DNA from: Eledone cirrhosa
Taxonomy: Eukaryota
Length of the DNA: 64,000 nucleotides
Assembly (NCBI GenBank): GCA_964016885.1
Contig: OZ024743.1
Coordinates: 229,648,001 to 229,712,000, forward strand
Direction of reading: 5' to 3'
Positions 10,995 through 23,648 of this stretch are shown in pieces (the stretch's first letter is position 1; each line of letters opens with the position of its first letter). The translations under genes and the position numbers were made by a program. Under the pieces are notes generated by a model. It was given only the letters and a program-made list of their open reading frames with translations. It did not search any database and was not told the DNA's origin.

Positions 10995-13900
10995 GGCGAC
11001 CTACGTAGGAAATCGTATTATTGTGAGCTCCGCAAAGGTTTGTTGTTTTCAGTTGTTTATAATTATAATTATACATTGCTTTCTGAAAAGGACACTCAAA
11101 AAGATTGGGGCCTTGCGCCCAAAATTTAAACTTTTATAATTATCAAACAAAAAGTTTCTTTGAAAAAATCAGGGACGACTCACAGCTACACCAAGCAGCT
11201 GAGAGCCTTCCTCACAAATGAACACCTCAGACCAACACCACCATTGTAAATATTACTACGTTTGCCAACACTAAAAATATAAGCAGTAGCAATAATTTAA
11301 ATTTGTCTCATGCAGACATTCATTTCCCGCCATTACCAATGACTGCAGGTGTTGAAACCGCCGCTCCCACCACACCACAGTGACAACAGAAACAAAAGAA
11401 AAAATAAATTATCTCGTGACATCGAAATGGATTCACCCAGAATAGACCCTTCCACACTGAATACCACTGACGCCACCACCACCACAACTGAAACTAAAAA
11501 TAACAATAACAAAAATAACAATAACAACAACAGCAACAACAACAATGAGAATAACACCGTGTCTTTTGCCAAAGCAGCCAAAAAATGCGAAACAATCCAG
11601 GTAACTCAGGAGGAATTAGATGAAGCCAAGAGAATGGTAAAGAAAGATGGGTACAGGGTGAGCCCCCACCAAATAAAATGGAGCATCGGCGCCTAAGCAC
11701 CGTGTCTTATCGGACGATTAACATAAAATCGCGCCGAGTGGAACGGGCATCCGAGTCCCAAATCCAAAAAGCTTTGGGACATTTGTGGGCAAAAAACCCC
11801 ACATCAGACGTGGGCAGAAATATGGTGGTGGTTTGCTCTGAAAAGAGCGATTAGAATAGAGTCCATTAGGTTTAGTAAAGCTTTAGAAATAGAGAAAATA
11901 GAGCAGAGGGAGAACTAGTTAGAAAATTAGACGAGGCGCTTAACAAAGTCATCGCGACCGACGTACTTGCGGCGAAATTGGCTCTTGACCAATTCTTAAA
12001 TGCAAAGCACGAAGGCTGCGTTGTCAGAGCTAGGGTGCGTGCTCTCAGACACGAGAGGACGAAAGCCGTTCAATGGGCCCGAGTGGCGGAGGCGCGTCGT
12101 GGCAACAAAGCCACGATCCGGTCTTTAGTGGACCACGACGGGCGCATGCTACTCGATCCCGGGCAAATGTGTGAAGCATTTCAGGGACTTCGCTCAGCTG
12201 TTCGGGAGAGGCGGCGGGCCGGATCGAGGGATGCACTTTAGTGTCTACGTCGACGGACTGCCGCGGCTCTCAGCCACTGAGACGGAGTGTTGCGAAAAGC
12301 CGATAACAGCCGCTGAAGTACGGGAGGCAATGACTGGCTGCACAAGGGGTAAATCGCCTGGTTTGGATGATCTGCCCTATGAACTTTACGTACAGATGCC
12401 AGACTTGTTCGGAAGCCTCTTAGCGGATGTCTACTGCAACTGGCAACAGAACGGGAGAATTCCCAGCTCTGTGAGCCGAGGAGCGGTAGCGCTGCTGATA
12501 AAGGATCCGAACAAGTGGGATAACAGATAATTTCAGGTCCATATCTCTGCTAAACACAGAGTTCAAGATTTTGACCACGGTGCTAGCAAAGAGGTTGGCG
12601 CTTGTCGTTGGTGGTCTGGTGTGAGAGGTGCAGACATGCGGCATTCCCGACAGATCTATCCACGACACCTCCACCTCATGCGATAAATCGTGGAGAGGGT
12701 AGCTAGGGAACGTGGCACGGGTGGGTCCTTGATCAATTTTGGTCAGTCGAAAGCTTTCTATAGGGTCGATCATCGTTACCTAGCGGCAGTCCTGGGGGAG
12801 GCTGGCTTTGGGCCCGTCTACAGAGGCTGGTTCGCTGCCATACACAGCGACATCTGCTCTGTGGTGAGAGTGAACGGTCACCTTTCGGAACCGTTCAACA
12901 TCATGCGCTCGGTTCGCCAAGGATGTCCCCTCTCGTCCCTCTTGTACGTATTGACTCTCGAGCCATTACTGCGCAAACTGGAGACGTTGAGGGGGGGGGG
13001 GGGTACCGCGCGAACTAGGATGCGGTAGATCCGTGTCAGCATATGCGGACGATGTCACCGTAGTGGTGTCGAACGCCAAACACATCGAGGCGATCGGCAC
13101 TACAGTAAGAGAATACGAAGCAGTGACAGGAGCAATGATCAACCAGGAAAAGTCAGTGGGCCTGCAGCTCGGCACCTGGAGAAGCATATCCATGCCGTCC
13201 AACAGCGTTGTCGGGCGCTGGCCGGACGGACCGGTTAAATTGCTAGGGGTCTGGTTTGGTCCGGACCTCCAGACGGACAAAAACTGGGACGAGGTGACGA
13301 GCAGGCTGGCTTCTCTCACCCAGAAATGGGCGGAGAGGAAGCTATTCCTGAAAGGTCGAGCAGAGGTAGCTAACGCGTACATCGCGTCTGTCATCTACCT
13401 GACCGTCGTACCTTGTCCTAAGCCCCGCCTGACTGCGCTGGAGCGTTTGCTCTTTCGCTTTTTGTGGAAGGGACGCGCTCCGATTGTCAGGCGGTCCATC
13501 TGCTGTCAACACCCGCTACATGGAAGGCTGGGCATGCCGTGGCTGATGATGCGCAGACACGCGCTCAGGCTACGACATCTCCACCTCTTCCTCGACGGTG
13601 ATCAGGTGTGGTCGCCGTTTGCTAGACGCGCCTTTCCCCAGCTCGTCTCCTTGACGGAGCTGCAGTCCTGGGTCAAGCGAAGACCGAGAGGGAGCGGTTG
13701 GAGACTGGAATGTCTTCAGGCGCTCACAGCCCTTGACCAATCGGGCAATGTGATCGGTGGAAACTCCACCTAGGCGTTCTATAGAGGATTAGTGGAGGGG
13801 AAGAGCGACGACATACTTGGGGAAACTCTAGGCGTCGACGAAAATCAACTAGCCAATCTCTTCGGAAGAACTTTCGGGCCAAAATCCCTGGCCTGGCAGT

Positions 13901-14440
13901 GCTACCGAGGAGCTTTGCCAGTTCGGGATAAACTCTACAGGCATGGAGGTGCCGTCAGCCAAGCATGTCTGAGATGCGCGCAGGGCGACGAAACCGTCCT
14001 GCACGCACTCGTCCAGTGTCCGAGCATTGCTGACTTGTGGGTTTATGTCGAACACCTGCTGTCGCGTGTAGGACGGATCCAGCTAATAGCTGAGTCCATC
14101 GTGAGGATTGCCTCGCCCTCCTCCTTTAGCCGAGAAGGGCAGGCAGTTTTTATCTGTCTAGTGGCCATGGCGAAAGAGATAGTATGGTGGACACGTTTGA
14201 AAAGGCTGAAGACAAGCACCTACCTCTTCGGTGATGCCCTGATTAAGTTTTTCAAATTTCATTTGAAAAGGAAATTCAGAGTAGAGACGGAAGCGCTCTC
14301 TTTCCAGCATTTTGTTGAAAGATGGGTGAGAGAGGCAAGAATGTCCCGAGTGAATGGGCCTACTCTGAGTATGTGTCTGTAAATTAAAGGTGGACAACTG
14401 GGAGAGGGTACTTGCCCTGGTGGTCAGGGTCACTGTGGCT
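10994..14440 (+). mobile_element. Tx1/L1-clade LINE, copy 2 (5' UTR, ORF1 start, ~2.2 kb deletion, degenerate RT + zinc finger)
   Basis: 11170-11825 matches 1-690; joins ORF2 sequence at 11825; RT fragments 11978-14382 with AYADD and CLRCAQGDETVLHALVQC. Confidence 0.9.
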
Positions 14441-14880
14441 TTTCCTCTTCGGCCAATCCCTCATCAACTTTTTCAAGTTTCACTTAGAAAGGAAGGTGAG
14501 GGTGGAGAGAGAAGTGCTGCCCCCCAGTACATTTGCTGAAAGGTGGGTGAATGTGGCGAGAATGGCCCGTGAGAGTGGGCCTACTCTGGTCATGCGGCTG
14601 TAGGTAGGTAAATTTGAAGAGGAGAGGGGTGCCCTTCCTGGGTGCTCTCGAAGCGTCGGGTCGTTCAGGACTGGTGGGGTATCTGAGCGAACCCTAGCTG
14701 GTCATCCCGCCTATTGGGGAATTTTTTCTTGTAATTTTCTTGTTACTTTATTGTTACTCTGTTATTGTTATTCATATTGTTTACTCGATTTTGCTGTAAA
14801 ACCCCACTGTTTTGTATTGTCCCCTATATGTCGGCCCTTGTGGCCAATAAATGAAATCATTATTATTATTATTATTATTG
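14440..14880 (+). mobile_element. Short 3' end of a related Tx1 subfamily with its own 3' UTR, AATAAA and (ATT)n tail
   Basis: LFGQSLINFFKFHLERKVRVEREVL is paralogous to LFGDALIKFFKFHLKRKFRVETEAL; different UTR; AATAAA near 14845 then (ATT)n. Confidence 0.8.
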
Positions 14881-15259
14881 TCACCATATTGATGGTGATG
14901 ATCTTGATGTTGATGATGATGATGATGATGTTATCTCTGATAGTCGATAACCACAACGACGACGACAACATAATCAAGAACAACAAAACCAAAATATCGG
15001 AAGCTATGACTCACTTCCGTACTCTCGCTCCCTTTGCCTGACCTTCTTTCCCTTTTTCTCTACCTTTCCCTCATTTTGTCTTTCTTTTCCTCCCTCTGTA
15101 TCTTCCTTAGCCCCCCCCTCTCTCTCCATTATTCATCCACACTATATCCTTCCCTTTTTTCTTCCATCCATTCATCCATCCATCTCACATAATTTTAGTC
15201 ATAACATATTGTCATGTCGAGTTCTCAAATCTCACTATGTCTATCGGTCTGTCTGTCTG

Positions 15260-15293
<34 letters not shown>

Positions 15294-15325
15294 TGTATGT
15301 ATGTATGTGTGTATGTATGTATGTT

Positions 15326-15765
15326 TTAAAAAGTTTTAAAAGCCACAGTATGAACCTCAATAAGAACATAGTGAGCTGGATCTGTGAGGTGTGTGGTCGT
15401 TTACTGGACTCTAAATCTGGATACGTCACTCATTTAAAATCACATAAAAAGCCAACTGTAAGCAGCTCTATCCCTCCAATGCTACGTGAGACAATAATTG
15501 TGGAGTGCAAAAAGATCTGCAAACCATATTTCAGGTCTTAAAAGGCATATGAGGGTACATTAGGATGACATCCCACAAACAGACCCAATCAATCCAATAG
15601 CGGGCACATCTTTTGCCTGTCACATTTGCTGCAGACCTTGCAAATCTAATGCTGGACCTAAAATCCATCTAAGGGGCCATGGACGGATGTTTGGAGTTGG
15701 TGATGGTTGATGGTGGCGCACAGGGAGACGGCAATCATCTGCAAAGATGAAACAATCACAATTTA
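15326..15765 (+). mobile_element. 3' fragment of a LINE (probably RTE-like) with C-terminal C2H2 zinc fingers, inside (TATG)n
   Basis: CEVCGRLLDSKSGYVTHLKSH, CKKICK..LKRHMRVH (frameshifted), CHICCRPCKSNAGPKIHLRGH; terminal hairpin CATCT-GCAA-AGATG; TATG repeats on both sides. Confidence 0.65.
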
Positions 15766-15789
15766 TGTATGTATGTATGTATGTATGTA

Positions 15790-16068
15790 TAAGAGAGTGG
15801 GACTGGCTTTGTGCAGTGCCTTTGCTCACTATAAAAGCTTCACAGCACAGGCATTGCTTTATATCTGGAGATCTCTCTGCAGTTGTCATCACATGGTACC
15901 ATGGGCCCTGCACTATGTGTCAATAATAGTCACAAGTGTAGTCTTTGTACCAGAGTTTTCAAGTCGCTGGCTGGTCTAAAAAGTCACATTCGTTCAGCGC
16001 ATCGGTAGGGGTTCTCCTACATGGATATAAAGTAGTGGCCGTACTCGAAAACGAGTTGGCAGCCACCA
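15790..16068 (+). mobile_element. 5'-truncated copy of the non-autonomous RTE-like element
   Basis: Matches the 3' half of 44895-45502 and 58909-59518; HKCSLCTRVFKSLAGLKSHIRSAHR* remnant; (TATG)n tail. Confidence 0.8.
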
Positions 16069-16939
16069 TGTATGTATGTATGTATGTATGTATGTATGTA
16101 TGTATGTATGTATGTATGCATGTATGTATGTATGTATATCTCTCCCTCCCACTCTTATATCTCGAACGTTCTCTTCTCCCTCAAAAGTCGTCTGGAAGAT
16201 CCTCTGACATTTATAAATGTGTTTCTGTATTTAATTCATTAAAATGTGCATACCTTTGCAATAGTGTTGGGTTTTTCCAGCCTGTAAGTTAAGTAAGGAT
16301 TTCAACTAGGTTTGAATTCAAATTTTCATTTCAGTTTTAAATCACGCCTCCCCCTACACATGCACATTCATACACACATACACACATACATACATACACA
16401 CACACGCACACACATATATACATGCACACACACACATACATACACAGGCACACATACAAATACACATACGCACACACAAACACACCGACATCGTAACCTG
16501 TAAACTCAAGTGAATCAAATAATAAGGTCAGGTTGTCTTGACATCGCATAAAAACATCTGCAAGAAAATTTCGATCATTTTCAAAGCATGCATTTTTAGT
16601 TATGGGGAGCCTCATATGAAAAAAATATTATAGAAATAAATAAATAAGGATAAAAGATAACGTGGCTACATTTTAGATAATACAGTCATATATACCCGTA
16701 AAAAAACTGACTGGAGGAGATGGCGAGGCTCACACACAGCTGGATTTACCTTTGACGATGTTCTGCTTAATCAGGGCTAGCTTTAACGATAGTTCTGCTT
16801 GATCACTTGGAATATCTTTGATGATACATGCCCTTGATCTGGAGGCCAAACATTATCACCACCACAAACACCACTACCAACGCATACACACTCGACCTCC
16901 ACGACTACCACCAACAACGGCAGCGAATAACGAAGTTAT

Positions 16940-17197
16940 ATGCAGTCGATCGACTTGTTAGATATAGGAGCAAATTTACCTGAAATTGAGCCTTACCGTC
17001 GCAAAGACAGCACAGTGTTGTTTTATAGAAAAAAAAAGATTGTATGCTGGGGGAGGCTGGAATATCGTTCATCATAGGTTTGTTCGATCAGGATGGACTT
17101 GGGGCAAAGAAGAAGAAGAAGAAGAAGAAGAAGAAGAAGAAGAAGAAGAAGAAGAAGAAGAAGAAGAAGAACAACAACAACAACAACAACAACAACA

Positions 17198-17228
<31 letters not shown>

Positions 17229-17240
17229 AAACAGCAACAA
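16940..17240 (+). repeat. Degenerate dispersed repeat (SINE/LINE tail) ending in compound (GAA)n(CAA)n(CAG)n; relatives near 20330-20590 and 29590-29795
   Basis: Shared motifs of the type gctggaat..ttcatcatagg..tgttcgatcagg..gac..gggc ahead of a CAA/GAA tail. Confidence 0.4.
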
Positions 17241-17374
17241 CAGTGAATAAATGCATATTTATCCAACATACAATGCAATATATAACTTGACCTTTATGAA
17301 ATCAGAGTTATTCATTAACAATTGTGCAACTGTAACATCCATGCCTCTATCTATCTATCAATCTATCTATGATG

Positions 17375-17489
<115 letters not shown>

Positions 17490-19089
17490 GCTCCTATAAT
17501 GTTGAGCACTTCAAAATGTAATATTGAACAGCGGCACTGACTTCAGTGTACAACTATTACCAGCATGGGATTAACTGATCTACTTACCATTCGGATTTTG
17601 GCTGCTCTGCGCCTTATCTACCGCCACCTGATACTACTTTCCTTGTCGGGGTGAATCCGATTACGACAAAACTCTACGTATTATACTAAAACATGTATTA
17701 TACTAAAACATGTATTGTATGGACTGAATTCTCTACTCTATACCTCAGGACTTTTTGTGACTCGCACTGAACTTTACACTAGGTACAACCTGTTACCATT
17801 CCATCTCCTCCATCCTCTATATCTATTTCTATATGTACAATTTGTATTATCTTACTACAACTTGATCTATATTGATTCTTATTTACCTTTATTAATTATT
17901 TTCTATCTCATCAATGTATACTTTATTATTTTTTATTATTTTATTAATGTATTTTCATCACTGTATTCTATCTTTATATTATTTTTTCATATTTTTTTTA
18001 GTATTTTTTGTAACTTTTCCTTACTCAGGTCATTATGCACCTTTCATAGATCCCTACCCACCTAAGATCCACACTACCTATAACCCGGACTAACTGGAAC
18101 TTAAAAATAATTTTGGCCTATTTGCACTTTTCACTGGGTTGTTACCTTCGACTTGTGTGGTGACCTTTCTCGGCTGCGCGCTGGGCACTCGGAGAGTTCA
18201 GCCTTCCTTGAGTGCTCGGAAAAATAAATTTCTGCTCTTTCGGTAAATGAAATTACTCGGAGCTGCCTGCTTTGCCCTGGTCCCACCGCGCCGCCTGTTT
18301 TGGCCGACACATTATACCTGTACAAATTCCAGGTTTGGGCATGACTATTAGCTGTGTCGTGCCTCCACTGACACGTAAATAAACCCCTAATGTGTGATTT
18401 AATAGTATTTGTGGTATAGACGATGGCCTGTCGAAATTGTGGAGTTCCCGCTAGCGATCCCGGGGCCAAAGTTAGCTACGTTCCTAGAGAACTCGGAAAA
18501 ATTTATTTCCATTTCTTTCGCTGGACGATACCACTCGAGACTGGCTGACTCATGGTGGTGGGTGTGCTGGCTGGCACTCCCAATCGAAATCTTTACTCTA
18601 TATCCCATCCTAATATCTTAAAAAAACTTTTTTTCATATAAGACCCTCTCCGTAATTTCATTAAATAAATAAATCTCGCTACCTCTATTTTTCAATTTAC
18701 CATTTTGCAAGTTAATATTTTAATTTAATTTAATTTCATCCTATAACTCGCAACATAAATTTAACGTTCCAATCTTCGGTTCACACATTAGACCATATAG
18801 ACACACATTATAGATTCTTTGGGTAGCATTTTTTCGCGGCATTTTCTAACATGAATGTAGTTTGACCCTTACTCTACACTTCTTTCTACCTTTCTTTCTT
18901 TCTCCCCTTCTTTGATGGAGTGGTGGTAGCGCATTGTAAGCCTTCGCCCCCTCACCAGATATTCATTGGTAGTTTTTCGGTTGCCAACACTTTGAGGGCG
19001 GCTGGCTGAGAAGCTAGTCGGTCAGCCGTCCCTTCTGTCTCTGATTTTTCGGACCCATGGCTTTTTACACATTCCTTTGCTACATTCCA

Positions 19090-19147
19090 ATACCTGATGA
19101 TATCACCGGATTCATATGGAACCCGGTCATTGAAATGATCATAGTAT
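19090..19147 (+). ncRNA. Type I hammerhead ribozyme with palindromic stem III
   Basis: ATAC-CTGATGA-stem II (ACCGG/CCGGT)-GAAA-TGATCA-TA^GTAT; stem I ATAC/GTAT. Confidence 0.75.
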
Positions 19148-19808
19148 AATAAACCTTTCAAGGATTTACACCAGTCCAGCCTCCTGTTATTTAATTTATC
19201 ACATATTGAACATCGATCCCTAGAATCCACCACATCCCAAGGATATTACCCAGCATTCTACCACATCCTCTACAGAACTACCTTAAGGACTCACCCACTG
19301 ACATACACTCAAAAAACATTTTTCCCACACGCCACCTACATCCACAACCCGCATAAACACCACACACACACGTGCGTACCACCACATATTTACAGACTCA
19401 GCCTCCGGAATCCTCTCCCCCCACCTCTCTGACCCCTCCCCATCCACATACGCACACGCACTCGACCTACACCCCACCCCACACACACCTCTTCCTGAAC
19501 ATGCAACCCCGTTCTTTCTCCAACTCTTACTTTCACATACACACACACACACACACACGTACACCTACACACACACCACCACCTTCAGCCCTCCCCGTTC
19601 GGACACCCCGCCTCCCTCTCCCCACTCCACCCGCCACCACCCCTACACGCCCCACACCCTTCCACCACCTGTTTTACTTTATGTTTATTTTTATTTTTAT
19701 CATGCTTTTATATTTAATTTCATTTGTACCGTTTCCTCTCACCCCTTTTTTCTATGTCTCTCCACCACTCCCCTACACACCCTTGGAACTCTCTTCCCAC
19801 ACACTTTT

Positions 19809-19842
19809 CACTTGAAGAAGGGCTTATGCCCGAAACGTCGTT
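19809..19842 (+). ncRNA. Minimal hammerhead ribozyme motif (PLE type), possibly decayed
   Basis: TTGAAGA-A-GGGC-TTAT-GCCC-GAAAC-GTC; weak stem I. Confidence 0.6.
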
Positions 19843-20021
19843 CCCCACCACCACCCGACTCTCAATAGCGTGAAACTAATAAACCTTTGTTCGTACTGCC
19901 TCTCTGGTTTGTTCCCGTTCAATTTTTTACTATATATATATGTATATATGGAGAGAGAGAGAGAGAGAGATGGGTTGGATATATATATATATATGGAGAG
20001 AGAGAGAGAGAGAGATGGGTT

Positions 20022-20100
<79 letters not shown>

Positions 20101-20742
20101 TATCCAACCATATATCCATCTCTCTCTCTCTATCTATCTATCCATTCATCCATCTATATATCGATCTGTCCATATATCTCACTGTGTGTGTCTATCTGTC
20201 TGGTTGCCTGTCGATCTGTCTCTCTGTCTATCTCTTTCTGTCTTTCTCTTTCTTAGTCCATCTCCAATGATTCACACAATTTGCTTACGATGCACTCTCT
20301 AAATTCAACAAAGTTTCTGTTGTTTCGTTCAGTCAGTTGAGATTAAGAACAGTTTGTGTCTCATAACCACCACAAAACAACGAAATACCCTCTACTTGAG
20401 CATTCAATCTGCTAGGAATAACAACAAGATCTCCCTTAAATTACATACTACTGATATGGAAAAAATGTTCACATTGGTTAATAAGTTCCCAGATGCCATA
20501 TACCTGTAAAAAAGAGTGGATAGTCTATGTTGGCAATACCTTGATCATAGATATGTCCAATAAAGCCTAACCTAGGACTAAACAACAATAATAATCATTA
20601 ACCCAACTGCCACCAGCACCGCCACTAACACAAATACTACAGCCATTATGACGACGATCAAAACCATCACGACGACCACCACCATGAATTCAAACACTTC
20701 ACTGCCGCCGTTGCAACACTACCAACACAAACACCCTAATCG

Positions 20743-20780
<38 letters not shown>

Positions 20781-21936
20781 TACCTCACAGTCACTCTCTC
20801 CATCTTCCTCTTCCACTTCCTCTTCGCTATTATCAACTTCGCCATAATCACTATCTTGTTCCATGACACCATCTTCATTATTATCATCTTCACCATAATA
20901 ACTATCTTCTTCTCTATCATCATCATCTTCACCTTAACCACTAGCTTCTCTGTCCTCTTCTCATTCATCATCAACATCATCATTACCTCGTTGAACATAA
21001 TCGCCGCCTTTCAAACAAACACATTCCATGATTCCAACATTCTCTCATATTTTCCTTTCGAAATGGCAACGACTTTTTCCTTCAACAATCCATTCTCTTT
21101 CTATTCCACCTTTCCTATTTTTCATCGTCATCACCTTAAGCGTCGTTATTACCTTACTTCTCCCTGCCCACCTCATTCAGATTCTATTTAAACATCTTTC
21201 CAGGAATCAAGCACCACACCATCATCGTCTTTCTTTTTCCAATATGGCCGCTCTTATTGCAATTATCGTTTCGTTTCGTCTAATCGATGGAAACATCTTT
21301 TTCTAATCTTCAATTAGAGATAACTGCCCACACATTCGAATCCTTGTCATCTGTACTTTTCCTATGTGGAGTTTTGAAATAATATCTATAATTTATCACC
21401 TTTACTGTTGTGAACCGTTTCATTTCAGCAACCCACAACCACCACTACCACCATTTTCAAATCCTCTATTTACATTGTTTAACTTTGAACCCACCATTTT
21501 ACCAACCCAGTTTAGTTTGTATAAACAACAAAACTAACCTCCTTATTCCCTTACCACCATCACCAAAACAAAAACAGCAACACCATCCACAATCCTGACC
21601 CTCACCGGTTTTCAGCATTTGTTATGACTCTCTGTCATAACAATCTTATTGAGGTCAGCTATGCTGTTCTGACATTCCATGTCTATAAAAGAAATACTAA
21701 CCCAGCGGAGTAAGCCAATGAACTTGTTAGTACATTGGATGAGATACCTTGTAAAATGTGTTCTGGCTGCTTACCTTCTAAGGTGAAATCCGCCCATCTT
21801 TGTTATAGCACCATCTCAAAGACTTTGGTGCCCCTAGCGGAGTCCACTCTGTTGCAAACATTGGGCCAGAGATCTTAAACGCCCCATCATCACCTGCGTT
21901 CACAGCTAACAATCATTAATACGATCATTTTTACTC

Positions 21937-22018
<82 letters not shown>

Positions 22019-22059
22019 CATATACATTACAATACAATACAATAGGAGGGAACATAATT

Positions 22060-22115
22060 GTACCATAGATGATGTTGCAGATGTGCAACGAAAGAACTTT
22101 GAGAGACTATATATT
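22060..22115 (+). ncRNA. Degenerate hammerhead, same family as 23372-23423
   Basis: GATGA-T-GTTGCA-GATG-TGCAAC-GAAAG..CTA; stem II identical to the 23.4 kb copy; CU of the core is lost. Confidence 0.5.
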
Positions 22116-22506
22116 AATATTTATGTTTCAGCATATACTGATTATTGAATCAACAAGAGGTTTACTTAAGGAGGTCGATCGTAGGGTTATCCTTAGAGCG
22201 TTCTGTAATCAGTAATCCTTGGAAGGTTACAAACAGATAAGTAATATTTACGTAGAATAGCAATAGAGTAGGATTTATTTCTAGGGTTTACATGTTTCGT
22301 TGCCGTGTATGATTTTTGTATTGAATTCGCTGTTCTCAATAAACTATTGGAACAAATGGCTTTCAAATACGGTGGAAGACTTTTTACTCCGTGCTCGACA
22401 AATTACCAAAGCAGTGTAATGACTATTAGCAATTCACATGACTTTATATTTTTATATTCTTATATCTCTCTTGTATATGTCTACATCTCCCATTTTATAT
22501 GGTCTG

Positions 22507-22608
<102 letters not shown>

Positions 22609-23262
22609 AGTGTTTTCGCGTATGCTTGTGTATAAACGTATTTGCATGCGTGTATGTATTTATTTAATTTCTATTACCTCTGTATTGTATTTTTTTACTT
22701 TATTCTTAAATCTGAAGCGGAGATTCTTTCGGTTTCCTAGTTAGAATTTTAGTCTACGACTTCAGCTATACCATTTACGTGGTTTTGTCTTTGCGTGCAA
22801 TTGTTCTCTATGCTCCACATATGACGTATTATCTTCGTTTTTTCCGTTCATTGCAAGAGAACATCTCTATGAACCACCTAATAGAACATTAGTCAACGAC
22901 TTCTTTTATATCATAAACGTGGTTCTGTCTTTGCGTGTTATTGTTTTTCACCGCTCCTATTAATGACGTATTATATTCGTTTTTTCCCGTTCTTTGCCAG
23001 GGAACGTTTCCACGAACCAAAGTATCGTCTTCCTGTCTTCCTCCAGTTGCAACGTTTTTTGAAATATCCACTTCTGCGTTTACAGATTGACTTTGTTAGT
23101 TTCAGAAGATCCCGTTAAGGGTGAAAGCAGCGATTCTTTGCTTAAACTTTAATATCTGTTATTTTAATAAATATTTGCTCTACGGTTCTTATATATTTGA
23201 TATATATTTATCCTTATCGAGCCCTCTGTGGATTTTAGTCTTCAAATTTATTATTATTACTA

Positions 23263-23315
<53 letters not shown>

Positions 23316-23371
23316 CAGCGATGAATTAGTCAAAAATAATACAGATACAATATAGACACAAACACATATAT

Positions 23372-23423
23372 ATAGTTTATCATAAATCTTTCGTTGCACA
23401 TCTGCAACATCGTCAGTGGTGTT
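23372..23423 (-). ncRNA. Hammerhead ribozyme in the PLE 3' terminal repeat
   Basis: CTGACGA-T-GTTGCA-GATG-TGCAAC-GAAA-G(A)TTTA-TGA-TAAA-CTA^; stem I imperfect (AACAC/GTGTT beyond an internal loop, extending to about 23365). Confidence 0.75.
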
Positions 23424-23648
23424 ATATTTTCCTCCTGTTGTGTTGTATGTCTACGCCATTTTTTATTCAGTCTGTCTATATATTTATTTATTTGCTTGTT
23501 TGTTTATATTATTTTGTCTTCTTTGCGCATGCGTTTGCGTGTGTGTATAGTGTTATGTTTGCTGTGTGATGGGTGACTAGTGTGTGTTTATGTGCTTGTT
23601 GTTATTGTGCTTGTGTATATATTAATTTATCTTATTTTATTTACTTAT

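Larger units (their letters stand above)
17490..19930 (+). mobile_element. Degenerate Penelope-like-derived region with two hammerhead motifs, bounded by (TA)n
   Basis: TA tracts at both ends; hammerheads at 19090 and 19809 each followed by AATAAAC; no intact ORF. Confidence 0.45.
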
